Shown here: in pieces, positions 39,718 through 52,560 of the stretch | Layout: each line of letters opens with the position of its first letter | How positions within the stretch are numbered: the stretch's first letter is position 1 | Assembly: GCF_036321535.1 (NCBI RefSeq) | Contig: NC_087437.1 | Location: 49,726,001-49,790,000 of the forward strand | DNA: 64,000 nucleotides | Reading direction: 5' to 3' | DNA from: Camelus dromedarius | Taxonomy: Eukaryota | Position numbers and translations under genes: made by a program | The notes under the pieces: model-generated | What the model saw: only the letters and a program-made list of their open reading frames with translations | Database searches by the model: none | Told to the model about the DNA's origin: nothing

Positions 39718-40643
39718 GACACATGTATTCTTGACCTCAGCTTTGTATCTATTATAATGGTGTCTTTTTGAAAAGAAAGCCAGGTAAGGGGTTTTATGTA
39801 TGTTTGGCAGAATGTGAGAAACAGCCATTCAAAAAAATAAACATAAGATGAATAAGAAGAAAAGAAGTGAAAGAAGAGAAGGAAGAGGTGGAGGAGGAAA
39901 CACCAACATGAAAACACAATTTGTGTTCATCAACTGATTATAAATCACCTCCTCTCATTTGCCCACATGGGGTGACAATGAAGAGTGAATACCAATGAGC
40001 AGCAGCTACAGCAGTTACAAAAGAAATGATTTATTCTTTATCCTTATGTGCTTTGAGTGTCTCTTTTGTATTATTCCCTTCCCACATACCCTTTATGGCC
40101 ACTGCAGTCTCTCATAGTCAGAATTTTAATAGTCATTAAGGCTGGAGTAGTTTTAGGAACTAAATGGGCATTCAATTTCTGACTGTGATGTACCATGTAT
40201 TACGGGCTGTTGTGCTTTTCTTGACTCACAACCCACTGGTCTGATCTGAGCCATAGTGACCTTATAGAAAGATACAACATTAGAGATGACAGCAGGCCTT
40301 TAAAGAATCACTTTTGGATTGATGATAATGAACACTTAGGAGAATTCCCTGTAGTAGTGGAAACACCTGAAAGCATTTGGTAGGAGAAGGTGAGAGGAAG
40401 GAGGAGGCAGAGGGGTGATTAGTATGGGTGTCCTCTAAGGTCCACTTCTTCTGGGGGATTTGGGGATTATTCTTTGGTTTAATACCATACGCTCTGCCAC
40501 CATCCGCCATTCCCCAATGTTCTTTGCAAGCTCCTTTTAATTCATTCTATTCGTGTCTGTTGATTATGGTTATTTACCCCCAGGAAGTGAAAAAGGCAAA
40601 AGAAGCCAGAAAATTCTCTCTGAGTCTCTAAAGCTTTATCCAC

Positions 40644-40810
40644 CAGTAACTGCTAAAGTAGGCTGTGCACCCCAGGGATATGCAAAATGCTCGAGTAGTG
40701 ACCATTCAACTTCTAGTTCATTTTAACTCTCTTTATTCTTTATATCCATTTTTGTGTATATTTTCTTTGCATGTAAAATAGTACCAATGAAGAATATGTA
40801 TTTAATTTAT
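40644..40810. mobile_element. hAT-Charlie MITE end (MER113-like, tentative)
   Basis: cagtaactgctaaagtaggctgtgcaccccagggatatgcaa followed by an AT-rich body. Confidence 0.4.
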
Positions 40811-42269
40811 CATCAAGCAATCCATCAATAGACAAAAAGATTTTGAGACTTCAGGACAAAACAACACAATGTGACAGACAGTGAATAGGTAATAATGGTG
40901 ATGAGATTCAGGAGATAATAAGGTAAGTTTGTTACGTCCCAAATAAACAAATCTTGTTCTCTTGAAATCCAAAAGTAACTTACATTGTATTTATACTTAT
41001 GAAACAAGGGAAAAAGAGGCAGCTGACATGGACAGTCTTCCTTGTTCTGATTCTGGCTAGTTTTGTCCTGGTTTTTCTGCTCCCTTCTCAGAGATTGGAA
41101 TGGTAGGGAGTACATACCCCTTACAAGCTGAAAAATAATCTGCGGCAATTAGGTCTGGCTAAGGTGGGTGTATTGTGTCTATAAACGTAATTTTTAATAG
41201 ACCCTCAGAATATGTAGAAAGTACTTTATTTAAAAATTTCCAATCTAAAAGCATTCACAGACAGGAAGCACACCAGGCTTCATGAGGGGGGGATTTCAAC
41301 TTTGATGGCATTAATGGCCCTATGAAAGCAGGACACTTTATCTTAGTCTATTATTCACAGTCCTGGTACATAGCTTTGAGAAGTTTTACGAGAATTATTT
41401 ACCCCATCATGTCCGACTGACTGAAAGAGCAATGGGATCATATAAAGTACTCATAAAATGAGGTAAATGAAAAGTTTTGAAAATAATGAAGAGCAAGTTA
41501 AATAATTGAAAGTGGGGAGGAAATGGTGATCATTACATGTAAACATGGAGTGAATCTTTGACCAAATGAATCATTCTAAAGGACAGTGAACCACTTAAAG
41601 CACAGCACCTAAACAAGATACAATAATTAGAGAGAAAATAATTATATGTGTGTATGGGTGGGGGAGAGTTTTGAGGAGTTGCCTAACCAGTAGGTTTCAC
41701 ACCATTCCAAATAATAAGCAGTTCTTAAGTATGCATCCCAATACATTTGTATTTACTTAATTTTACATATCATACAAATACAAACATCATTCACTAATAC
41801 CTCAGGGAAAAATACGCTTAAGACAAGATTATTTATTAATAACAGTGAATGTAAATTCAGATTTCAAAAAACCTTCTTGGTGATCATTTCTTTTTCTGGA
41901 GAAGGACAATGTCTTATCAGATCTGATAAGAGCATCATTAATTTTTTCTTTGTAATGTAGTCTACAAAGAGCTTATACTAGGAGTAGGAGAAGTATCATC
42001 TCTATCACTCTCTTGTTGTTTACATGTGCTTACATAATTAATATTCTTTTTGAATCACAGCTTATTTGCAGAAAAACTTTAAAAGCCACATGCCCATTTT
42101 GAGACGGTTAACTTAAACTAGAAAATAGAGCCTGGAAATGCACTGAACTGGGTATACACTGTAGTAAGTTGCAGTGTGCCAAAGGAGGGAGAGGGTATCA
42201 CTGTTAATTTCTCCATACCATGGGGTCTTCCCTCTTCCTTTAGGACATCCAGATCAAGTACAGATGCAA

Positions 42270-42426
42270 GAGTCAATTTTTATATTAAATACTAGTTAAT
42301 ATGAATTCCTTTTGATTTTTAAGATAAAAATATTTGTTAATAAATGCCCTAATAATTTATTCTTGTACCTCACTGGATACCCTTTTGCATTCTAAGAGGT
42401 ATGCACCTCTCGTCTAGAGACCGTAG
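42270..42426. mobile_element. hAT-Charlie MITE end, opposite orientation (tentative)
   Basis: AT-rich body then ctggatacccttttgcattctaagaggtatgcacctctcgtctagagaccgtag. Confidence 0.35.
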
Positions 42427-42789
42427 ACCTAGAAGATGAACATCAATGTCAGACATTTATCAACTGGATATTAATTCTAAAGAGGGCTAAGTTTATTCAA
42501 GAAATTAAAGGCCACGATGGTCATAAAGCCTTTGGTAAGCTTTTATTCCAGCAGTTCGAAGCTTGTTTGAATTTGTGCAAAATCAGAGTGTTTGGACACT
42601 GAATTATAAAGCTACTGCGGGATTTTCTATAACACAAACTGGGAGAGACAACCCCTGCCTTAATATATTTTGATATATTTAGATCTAAAAAATTTTCAGA
42701 CGGTAAGAATCAAGAAAGAAAAGTAGATGACTGGTGTTTAAGTGTTGAAGGACAGATTTAATCTCCTACTTGGAGGAAATTCATTATAA

Positions 42790-45640
42790 CTTCCACATTT
42801 AGTAGTATTGCCAGCTAGAGGTCCTGGCTGACTCTCCTGTTAAACTGGACAAATACTGTACAAAATATATTTAAAATATTTTTAAAGATGCCCAAGAGAC
42901 GGTAAGAAGGTAAGGATTCCTGAGAGGTCAAATACTAAGTGAAAGTAGGAACCAAGAGGGGCAAGCTGAATACCCTGTAGCTAGCTGAACTTTAGTGACT
43001 TTGAGTTTTAATTTTCACACTGTGGATGGGAGGCAAAACATAGGACCCACTCAAAGAGGGGAATTTAATTAGGAGACCTCTGACATAAAGCTAAAATCTC
43101 AAAGGGTTATAACTTCAGAGTAAGGGTAAAAATATAAAAACTTGAATTCCCTAGAAGTCTTGGTGATGAAAAGAGGAGAAAAAAAATCTGAGTATTTTCA
43201 GCTACTAGTGAATCCTCACCTACATTTGCCCAAAAACATACTATCTGGGTGGGCTGGAAAGTCCTTAAGCCAGTAATTAGCTATAAAGGGACATTATGTA
43301 GGCCATGCTTGTGCATCTAGGACATGCAAATGTTTGCAAAATTCACCTAAAACTCAGACACAAATAATTCCCATAGACTGAACTTTCAATAAACATGAAC
43401 TCATAGTGAAAAATCAAATAATACATATGGAAATAAGATACCATATACAAGAACCAACAGACTCAGACCTGCAAAGTGTTCAGATTCAATTGGAAATGTC
43501 TGACACAAATGTAAAACAAATAAGTTTATATATTTAAAGGAATAAGGGAAGAGAATATAATTAGGAGCTAGAAATTAAAATATTTCCAAACAGATTTAAA
43601 AAGAGCAAGATATAGAAATTGAAATTAGAAACACAACGGATGGAATTAAGAGCATACTACACAGAGTTGAAAAGTAAATAATGCATTGGAAGAAGGATCC
43701 AATGAAGTGACGTAGGACGCAGCACAGAGAGCTATAACAGTAGTGACAAGTTAAGAAACATGCAGGTAGAGTTTCAGAAGAAAGAGAGAGAATGCATGGA
43801 TGAGGCAATACACGAAAAATCAATGGCTAAAATTATGAGGAACAAATTTCTTAGATTTGAGAGGCCCAGAGAATCATAAAAATAATAATTAAAAAGTAAT
43901 TGATATCTAGACCAATCTTAGTGAAACTGCAGAATAATGAAGACAAAGAAAAGGGTCTTAAAGGTAGCTAGAGACAAAAGAAGGGTTACTCTCAAGGCAT
44001 GACAATTAGACTGTCAGCCAACTTCTCAGCAGCACCGATGGAAGCCAGAAAACAGTGGAATGATACTGTCTAGGTGTTGAAAAAACCTAGAGTTATGCAC
44101 GTTATGCAAATATTCTCCAGAAACAGGGATGAAGAATTATTTTCAGACAAATACCTATCAAATGAATTTGCCATCTAAAGAATATACCCCAGCGAGGAGG
44201 AAAGTGATCCCAGGTGGGAAGTTTTAGGTGCAATAAGGAAGGATTTTTTAAAAGTGATAAATAGTAAGTAAATTTAAGGAAATATTTACCATATAAAATA
44301 ATAACAATGAATTTATGAGGTTAAAAAGGAGAAGTAAAATATAGGACAATAAGAACATGTAATTTGGAAAGTTGTTATTGGAATTGGTGTTCTATGGTAT
44401 ACATGGTTATGGTTTAAGAGAATTGTATAAATATATGGTCATATAATTCAAGATAAGGAAAAAGTTATTAACTGCAGGCTTTGATAAAGTAAAAAGGCAT
44501 GTTTAAATTACTAGGGTAATCACTCAAAGAGTAGAAATGAAATATACATCTAAATTAGAAGAGGGGAAAATGGAAAGAGAAAAATGCTTAACCTAAAAAT
44601 TCAAGAAGGGAGAAACAAAAAAAATAAAACAAAAAGAAAGACAAATAGAAAGCACCAATAATATGGTAGAAATAAACTCAAATATATTAGCAATATGAAT
44701 GAAATATGCCAACTTAAAGATTATTAGATTAGATTTTTTTTAAAAAACCCCAACTGTATGATGTTTATGAGACCCTTAAAAAGTACAGGGATATAGAATA
44801 GCTTGGAAATTAAAGGATTCAAAATGAAACTCCCTACAAATATTAACCAAAAGTAAATAGGCAAAATATAGCCATATCCAGCCAAATGAAGTTTCAGGCC
44901 AAGGTAAAGAGGGTGACTTAAGGTAAAGAGGACAACTTCATTATGCTCAAATGTTCAGTTAACCAGGAAGATATAATACTTCTAGATTTGTCTATATATA
45001 ATACTATAGCCTCAAAATACATAAAGTAAAAACTGATAAAACTGCGAGAAGATACAACTAAATGCGCCATCATAGTTGGAGAAACAGCACACTGTTCTAC
45101 ATAATTAATAGATCAAATAGATGAAAAATACAGTGTAAATAACACTGTAAATACGGTGTTCCCAGTGTATGTACTATACAGGCCATGACACACATCGAAT
45201 GGGAAACACATGATCTTTTCAATCGCATACATTCATAATATCTAAGGAAGCAGCTTAGAGAGACTCTTCAAATAGGAAAGATGTACAAGAATGTTTATAG
45301 TAGCATAAGGAAGAAACACAACACAACACAACAGGAACATTTTAAAAAAGCTCAACTATATAACAGCAGAAGATATGGGATGACACATTGTGGGATATTC
45401 ACATAGGAAAATATTATATAGCAATTGAAATAGATGGTCTATAACAAAAATTTCAAAACCCAGTAAGCCAAAAATACATATAGTATGAATCCCACTTATT
45501 TAAAGTATGAAAACTAGCAAAACTAATTTACATATTATTTAGGGCTACAGAATATGAGATAAAAGCTTAAAGACAAACAAGGAGTTACAAATGCATAATC
45601 CAGTAAGGTGCGCTCCTGAGCAGGGAGGAAAGGAAGGCGT
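42790..45640 (+). mobile_element. Ancient decayed L1 (L1ME-like): 5' region, ORF1, start of ORF2, then 3' end
   Basis: A-rich strand bias; ORF1 motif gtgaaactgcagaat...aaggtagctagagacaaaaga...caattagactgtcagccaacttctcagcagcaccgatggaagccagaaaacagtggaatga; endonuclease-region motif aaccaggaagatataatacttcta...atagcctcaaaatacataaag; 3' motif gatgtacaagaatgttta...gcaaaactaattta. Confidence 0.8.
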
Positions 45641-46034
45641 GCTGGTGGGCACACAGATGCCCAGTCTACTGACACTCCTTTGTTTTACGCTCCACACATG
45701 GGTGTGATGAAGGCAGCAAGTGCGTTGGGGCCTATAAGCTTCTACCAGGCTTATAGCTTCTACCAGGCTTATAGCTGGACCTGTAAAGCTGGAGTTTTTT
45801 TAAAAAAAAAACAGATTTTACAGGTCTTGTAACCTGTTTGGAAGTAAAGTTGCTTCTGAACTATACAAATATTCCTCGTTGAATTGAGCTGCCTTGAAAT
45901 ACAGAACAGCCATTGAGTTACCTCTTTGGCATTGCCACAATCTCTAGATCTTTAGGCTTCGTAGTAACTGATGCGCTTAGGGGTCAAAAAGCCTGAATAA
46001 TTCAAGTCCCAGCTCTGATACTAACTTGTTCATG

Positions 46035-46230
46035 TTATGTTGGCAGGAAGCACTTTATATAAAGAAGATCTGTTCAATCTTACAGTGATCCTTCCATGAG
46101 ATAGTACTATTATGCCCATCTCATAGGTAAGGACACTGAGACAGAGAAAGCGGGACTCTTGCCCAACAGCCATAGCTGTTAGGTTGTAGAACTGAAACCC
46201 CTGCCAAGGTCTGTCTGATTCCAGCCACAC
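46035..46230 (-). mobile_element. MIR SINE
   Basis: gcactttatat...ttcaatcttacagtgatcctt...ctattatgcccatctcataggtaaggacactgagacagagaaag...cttgcccaacagccatagct. Confidence 0.8.
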
Positions 46231-49198
46231 GTTTCCCCGCATCGCTTCACACCCTCTTAGTCCCCTGGGCCTTTGGTCTTTCAGTTCGTATCTTCCCTCT
46301 GTACCTCTTGGTAACTTTCCACACATAAAGGGTTTTATGAATGCAACCAGAGCAAAATATTGGGTAGAGAGGAAATTCACTGCTCCTGCTGGAGACGGGC
46401 TGCAGCACACACCCATCTGTTGTTTACTGAGGCTGAGAGTGCCGAAAGGTTCCCAGCGAGCAGGGTCTGCCTCTTGCATTTTGCCTCTTTGGAAGATGTT
46501 TCTTGTCCTGCCCCTCACCACCCACTCACTTCTGTCTGGTTTCTCTTTTGCTGGCCCTTTTCCCATAGCAGTTAATGTTTGCCCTGCAAGTGCCAGAGCA
46601 TTCATCCTTTCTTCCTTGAATGATGTGCCCATTTGCATATCATGCAAACAGCCCAGCTGCTGGAGTCCCAGTTAGAGTAAATAACGGTCACAGTGTTTAT
46701 ACTGATTCCTCCTGGGGCCTTCTGGAACCTGCTGCCCAACTCCAGGGAGAAAATCATCTAGTTGGAATCTGCTCCGATCTTCTGACATCGTGAATGAACA
46801 CTTGTGCTAAAAATGCACACATAACCTTCTTCCTGTAAATATGTGCCTTAGAGTCTAATGGCCAAAGGAGGTTTGTTGATAGAAATGCTAACTACTATTT
46901 TTGTCTGGTCTAATTCCATTTATTAATCTTTAGATCTTGAATTATGTTTTCTGTCTATATCTGCTTAACAGCAATTCAACTAACAATTCAAGAATCTAAC
47001 ATATTTCTATGAACTTTTGTTTATAAGTATAATCAATCACACTCTTCATAAATCTAACATATTTATAACATCTTAAGTAGGGAAATGGCAATGAATACAG
47101 AATTGATCCATAAAGTTACACTGAAATAGACTATAAGGATTTTAACACTGTGGAATTCTGTTTTCTTCGTTTTCTCTATTCTTATTCTTTTAATTATTTT
47201 TTAAAAATAGTTTTTCTCTTATTCCTTCTTACGAGTACAATTTACATACCAAATGCATCATAAGTTACCTTTTCTGGACCAGCTGAGGCTATAGATTATC
47301 CAGGAGAACACATCCTCCTTGGACAGTTACATCTTGTCCATTACAACAGAACTGCTCTGAACCAACGAAATAGATGTTGGTTTTTGTGACCCCAACCAGT
47401 ACTCCTTAAATAATGCTTGCTTTGAGGCTCTTATTTTTATAATATTTTGCAATTTTTTTCATGTGCCAATTAAGGTTTAGAGTTTCCTGGTATTCACCTG
47501 TATGTGAATACCTGAATATTTCTATAGTATTTGAAGTCATGTGTGCTTTTTAAAAAATAACTTAAAAAGCTTCTGAAAATCTGATCATTAATCATTTAGG
47601 GTTCAGCCTAGATGAAGCCCTGATAAAAAATAGTCAATGGTCAGTTTGGAGCAGCTGCTAAATGCCTAGAAAACCTAGTGAAAATATTTAATTATTTTAT
47701 ATTTTAATGATCTGGTTTATATAAATGTGTTTGCACTAGAATATTTTACCAATGATTGATTTGAGTGCCAAAACTTGAAATGTAGGAGTTGCATGTAGAA
47801 AAAAGTAAAGCTAAATCATAAATCTATCTGATGTTTATTCTAGTCAATTCAACTCTTTATTCAATGCTTCCTGTGTCTGTGTGCTAGCCCCACGGAGGGC
47901 ATAGGTGAGTCAGACTGAATATCTACACACAGCGTACAGCCAGCCTGACACCTCTGAGAAACATGCTAACACAGTCCACATGCCAAGTGACAAGCACATA
48001 TGCAAGAAAAACACCTTTTTTTTTTAAATTTTGGTTTTTTTACAGCTTAGGGTCTGACTTCACTCTAATGTTAGTATATCTTCGTCATCTTTTCCATCTC
48101 AGCTCATTCTTGTGAGATTCTCAACAAGTCTAATGGCTTTACACACTATTCATATACTGATGGCTCCCAAACCAACCTCTTCAGTCCTGACCACTCTCCT
48201 GAGTTCCAGACCTGTGTGTTCAACAGCCTGATTGAAGTCTCCACTGGGATGATTAACAGGCCATCTCACACCAAATTCATACACGGAGCTCCCCATCATC
48301 ACCTCCAAACTGCCTCCTCCTGTAGATTCCATCTCAGCTCAGGGCAGCCCATTCTACTCGTTCAAGGTCAGAACTTCAGTGTCATCCTTAACTCCTCTCT
48401 TTTTTCTCCATCCCATATCTGCTCTGTCAGCAAATTCTCTGGCTCCATCTTCAAAACAAATCCAACATTTATCCACATCTCATCACCTCCCCTTCCACAA
48501 TCTTATACAAATTGCTATCATCTCTTACCTGGTTTTATTGCAAATAACCTCCCAATCTCTCTTCCTCCCATTCCCCATGCCCATCAAGTCTATTCTCAAA
48601 GCAAAGAGTGTGTAATTGTTGGGGTATAAGTTAAATCATGTTACTCCTCCACTCAAAATCTTACCACTCCACCACTAAAAATCCTGCAGTGGTTCCCTAT
48701 TTCATTCTGTGTAAAAACCAAAACATCATTCTGATGGCCTAGAAAACTGCCCCGCTCTCACTGCTTCTGACCTCACCTAGCTCTGCCACACTGGCCTGGC
48801 AATTCTTTGAATGCCTCAGGCACCATCCTGCCCCAGGACCTTTGCTCTTCCTATGGGCTCTTCTGAAAATGCTCTTTCCCCAGATAGCCACATTGCTAGT
48901 TCCTTCATTCCAACAGGTGTTTACTCAAAACTGACCTTCTCAGTGGATCTTCTCTGGAGACTCTAACTAGTATTTCAGCCCCTACTTTTCATATTCTCCT
49001 TCCTTCCTTATTTTATTTCCTCCTTAGCACTTATTGCTAACATCTTAAATATTTTACTTATTTATTTTGTTTACAATCCATCTCCCCCAATAGAATATAG
49101 TCTCTAGGAAGGCAGTGATTTTAGTTTGTTTTGTTCACTGCTTTGTTTTCACTGCCTTGAACAGTATCTGGCAATAGTTGGTACTCTTATAAATATTT

Positions 49199-49350
49199 AT
49201 ATTTATACATATATATAAATATAGGTGTATATTTATACATATATATGAATACAGGTGGACATTCATACATATATATAAATATAGGTGGACTATCATACAT
49301 ATATATAAATATAGGTATACATTCATACATATATAAATATAGGTATATAT
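49199..49350. repeat. ~30-bp AT-rich minisatellite, about 5 copies
   Basis: Unit approximately attcatacatatatataaatataggtggac, with small variants. Confidence 0.9.
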
Positions 49351-49351
49351 A

Positions 49352-49436
49352 TATTATTGAAGTGTAATCAACACAGTATTATACTAATTTAGGTGTACAA
49401 CATAATGATTCAATATTTGAATATATGGCAAAATGA
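49352..49436 (-). mobile_element. Very short L1 3' end
   Basis: tattgaagtgtaatcaacacagtattatactaatttaggtgtacaacataatgattcaatattt is the reverse of an L1MA-type terminus. Confidence 0.75.
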
Positions 49437-50504
49437 TGGTACTCAATAAATATTTGTTGAAAGAATAAATGAACAGTGAGTGAACAATTGTTCACATTCT
49501 TATGGTAATACTGGTGACTGCAGCTACTTATAAGTGGATCTTTCTCTAATTAACTGGTTGCATGAAGCACATGTCTCACTTTCCTTCATTCTGTTTTATT
49601 AATCCTTCTAAGTGGGACCTCACTTTGACTTCCGTGACTATAGAATCCTGTCTCCAGCAATCAGCAAGATGGTGGTGGGTGCCAAGTCTCTAGGGCAGTC
49701 AGTGCAGGGCAGATCCAGCCGTTCCCTCCTGTTCCATCTGAGGAGCCAAGGGAAGGAGAAGGAACTATAGGCAGCAGCTCAGGCACCTTGCTGTTGTTCT
49801 AGAGGCAAGACTGTTTCTAGAGGCCCTAGGTTTTAACAGAAACACCTGAATCTCATTTGTTTCAGTCATACAGTCCTGGGCACAGCCAATGAGAGTTTTG
49901 CAGATGAATCCATTCATTTTGTCCTGTTTCTTTGTAACTTATTAATTTTGAGAAAAGTAGGGTTCTTTTGAGGAAGGAGAATTGCTTTAAAGTATCATAG
50001 CTACCTTTTAGGACTCTGCCCTAAAGGAGTAATGACTAAAGATGAATGGAGATATTGACTGAAATTACAGTTAATCATACTAAACACTAAAAAGCTAATT
50101 GTATATAATAGGTAAAGTTAAGTGGAATCTTTTATAACAATTAAAATGCAATTTTTTGCAGAACTTTTTGTGGCAGAGTGCTTAGAAGATTTCTTGAAAT
50201 TTGTCTTATCTTACTGGGAGCCATAAGGAAAAGAGGGCACATCTTAACTAGTTCATAAAATGCAAGTGTCTTGAGAAAAAAAGCTAAAATAATAGCCTTT
50301 CACTGGCCAGGGGACCTCACCATGAGATGGTTTGGTTCCCAGTCTTACTAAATATTGTCTTTCCATTCAAGGGAGCAGTTGATTCATTAATAAGATCTCA
50401 TCTTGGAAGAAGAAGGTCTTAGACGTGAAGGAGCGAGTACAAACACCAGCCTCGTTTCTGATATATGGATCAGATGGGAGGGTGGGGCTAACCCTACCAG
50501 TTAG

Positions 50505-50637
50505 TGTTCATGGAACTTAATGTCCAAATTGGGACGGTATTAGTGAGGGAAAGAAGGCATTGTATTATTAATAACATATGCCAGAGTGACAGTGATAGGC
50601 TGGGAGTGAACAGGCAAACTGGCACAGAAAGTTCCCT
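50505..50637. mobile_element. hAT MITE (MER94-like)
   Basis: tgtccaaattgggac...gaaagaaggc...tattaataac...gccag...ggcaaactgg is colinear with the recalled MER94 consensus. Confidence 0.55.
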
Positions 50638-50952
50638 TCCGAACTAAGGAGCCTGATTTTGCTCAGACAGTCCCTGGAAAGTTTCTGGAGTCTGGTTTCA
50701 AGGGACATAAAAAACCCAGCATTATCTCTGGCCCACCCAACCTCATGGGGAGTGTCTGGACCATGCTCCCCTTGAGGCCAGGGCTAAGGAGAGTTGGGTC
50801 ATTGGTACCGCGGTCTTGCTCATTCAGTGCACCTACTTTCCCAGTTTTGTAAGATTATTTGACCTACATGGCGAGAAGGTTGGGAGAATTAGGTTAAACT
50901 GTTTTCCTCTGTTCCAAAATCACCTAAATACCTGAGGATATATTTATTAAAT

Positions 50953-51135
50953 CAGTGTTTCTCAAACTTGTCTGAACATAAAAATCATGTCTCAGGGAGT
51001 AGCTGTTAAAAATATCAGTTGTTGGGCCCCACCTCAGTCTTAGTAAATTGGTTCCGTGCGGAGAACTCTGAAAGATCTGTATTTTAAACAAGCTCTTCAG
51101 GTTATTCTATTCAATAGGCAAGCTTGAGAAATGTT
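50953..51135. mobile_element. hAT-Charlie MITE (MER5 family)
   Basis: Termini cagtgtttctcaaactt ... aagcttgagaaa; internal tgggccccacc and atctgtattttaaacaagctc. Confidence 0.8.
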
Positions 51136-51454
51136 ACTTTATATAAGGTTAAGTTTTAAGTAGCCATTTGGAGCGTATATTCTCAAGTATGCAGGTATAT
51201 ATTTTCATATGTGCATGTAGGAGCAGAAGGAAATGCAACAAAAAGGTTAACAGTGATCTCCGAGATAAGTAATTATGATCTGCTCACTCCTTTGTACTTT
51301 CTACAATGTTTACAGTGACTTATAATCAAACATTTTAAAGAAGCATTATTTTAAAATTATCAAGCTATATCGTAAAAATAAGGACAAACCTGGCTTATTC
51401 TTTTTCGTTGATATATCAGTGAAAATATTTTGTATAATATGAACTAAGGTGGTT

Positions 51455-51680
51455 TCTCCGAAGTTTTCCCCTCTCGGAGGACTTCGTGCACCCGTGCTGT
51501 TGCGCGCCGCCAGCCCCCGGGCTGCGGTTTCCGCGGTGCTCTACCGCGCGACGCCTCGGGGGAGTGTGCCACGGGCACCTCTGCCCCATCGCCCAGAAAG
51601 TCGTCTACCTGGAACCGTCCGCCTTGGCTTAGAGATTACGTGCAGAAACACAAAGGCGATCTGTTAAGGCTTACGCAAAT
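51455..51680. promoter_or_regulatory. Small CpG-rich cluster, candidate regulatory element
   Basis: Abrupt GC/CpG-rich patch (gcgcgccgcc, ccgcgg, ccgcgcgacg) in AT-rich flanks; not recognisably repeat-derived. Confidence 0.55.
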
Positions 51681-52081
51681 TCAGCCACTTTTATAGGAAG
51701 AATTAGCAAAGATATCACTGATGTGAATGAGTCTGAATGATCATTTGGCAAAATTTCTTTCATGATAGATTTCAAGTTAAAACACCCTAATTACTTTAAT
51801 AATGGAATGGGTTAAAGCAAATACATTGCTGCAAACCATATCCTCAAACTGCCCAGGGCCTAGAGAAGAAATGAGCTTGACCTCAAAAAAGTACCTCAAG
51901 AAGGCAGGCTTCTTCCTCTTAAAAGAAAATAAAAAGGGAAAATGTACCCGATGCCTCATCGTTTAAATCTCCGCCACATCCAGTAGAAGCCTTTCCTTCT
52001 CCTGGCCATGTTGTGTGGTTTTGGTTTTGTCCACGTAAGCATATGCATTTTAAATATCTGAAGTGTGCAGAGATAAGGGGA

Positions 52082-52560
52082 GTTCATTTATTTATTCATT
52101 CATTCATGTAACCAAGAATTATACAGTATCTACTACTCACTAAGTTCTGTTTGGAAAACAAAAATGAATCTGACATGAATCTTGCTCCCAAGGAGCTAAC
52201 AATATAGGGGGAAAAATAAGGCCTGTATGTAACTAATTAAAATGTGTGGAAGGAAATAATAAATGCCATATTAGGGAGAATTCAAAAGAAGGAGAGATTT
52301 ACCCACAGCTGGGGACAGGTGTAGTGACAATTATGGAAACCTTTCTGAAGGGGAGTCACTGCAAGAGGGTCCTTGAAGACTGGGTGGAGTTTCCTGACTT
52401 TGGTCATTTAGAGACATGGGAGAAGCAGTGTGTCAGGCTCAGGCCGTGCACAAAGGCGCAGAGGAGGGGAGATGTGGAGGGTAGCATAGATGGTTCTAGT
52501 GATGGAAGTGAGGGCAGGTGCACTGGGTGCAGAAGCTGAGCTAGCGGGTTCAAATGCTTA
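52082..52560 (-). mobile_element. L2 3' fragment
   Basis: ttcatttatttattcattcattcat tail...cttgctcccaaggagctaacaat...tgcacaaaggcgcagag. Confidence 0.7.

Larger units (their letters stand above)
48075..49475 (+). mobile_element. L2a LINE 3' region (tail interrupted at 49187-49436)
   Basis: catatactgatggctcccaaa...ctcctgagttccagacc...gtcatccttaactcctctct...ccccaggacctttgc...tttgttcactgc...tcaataaatatttgttgaaagaataaatgaa. Confidence 0.9.

Noticed and set aside
46030..46647. 205-aa ORF, the longest in the window
   Set aside because: Called from a TTG start; the C-terminal third is translated MIR sequence; no recognisable homology
49199..49350. ~30-bp repeat array as a possible CRISPR
   Set aside because: Units are head-to-tail with no unique spacers, there are no cas genes, and the context is mammalian
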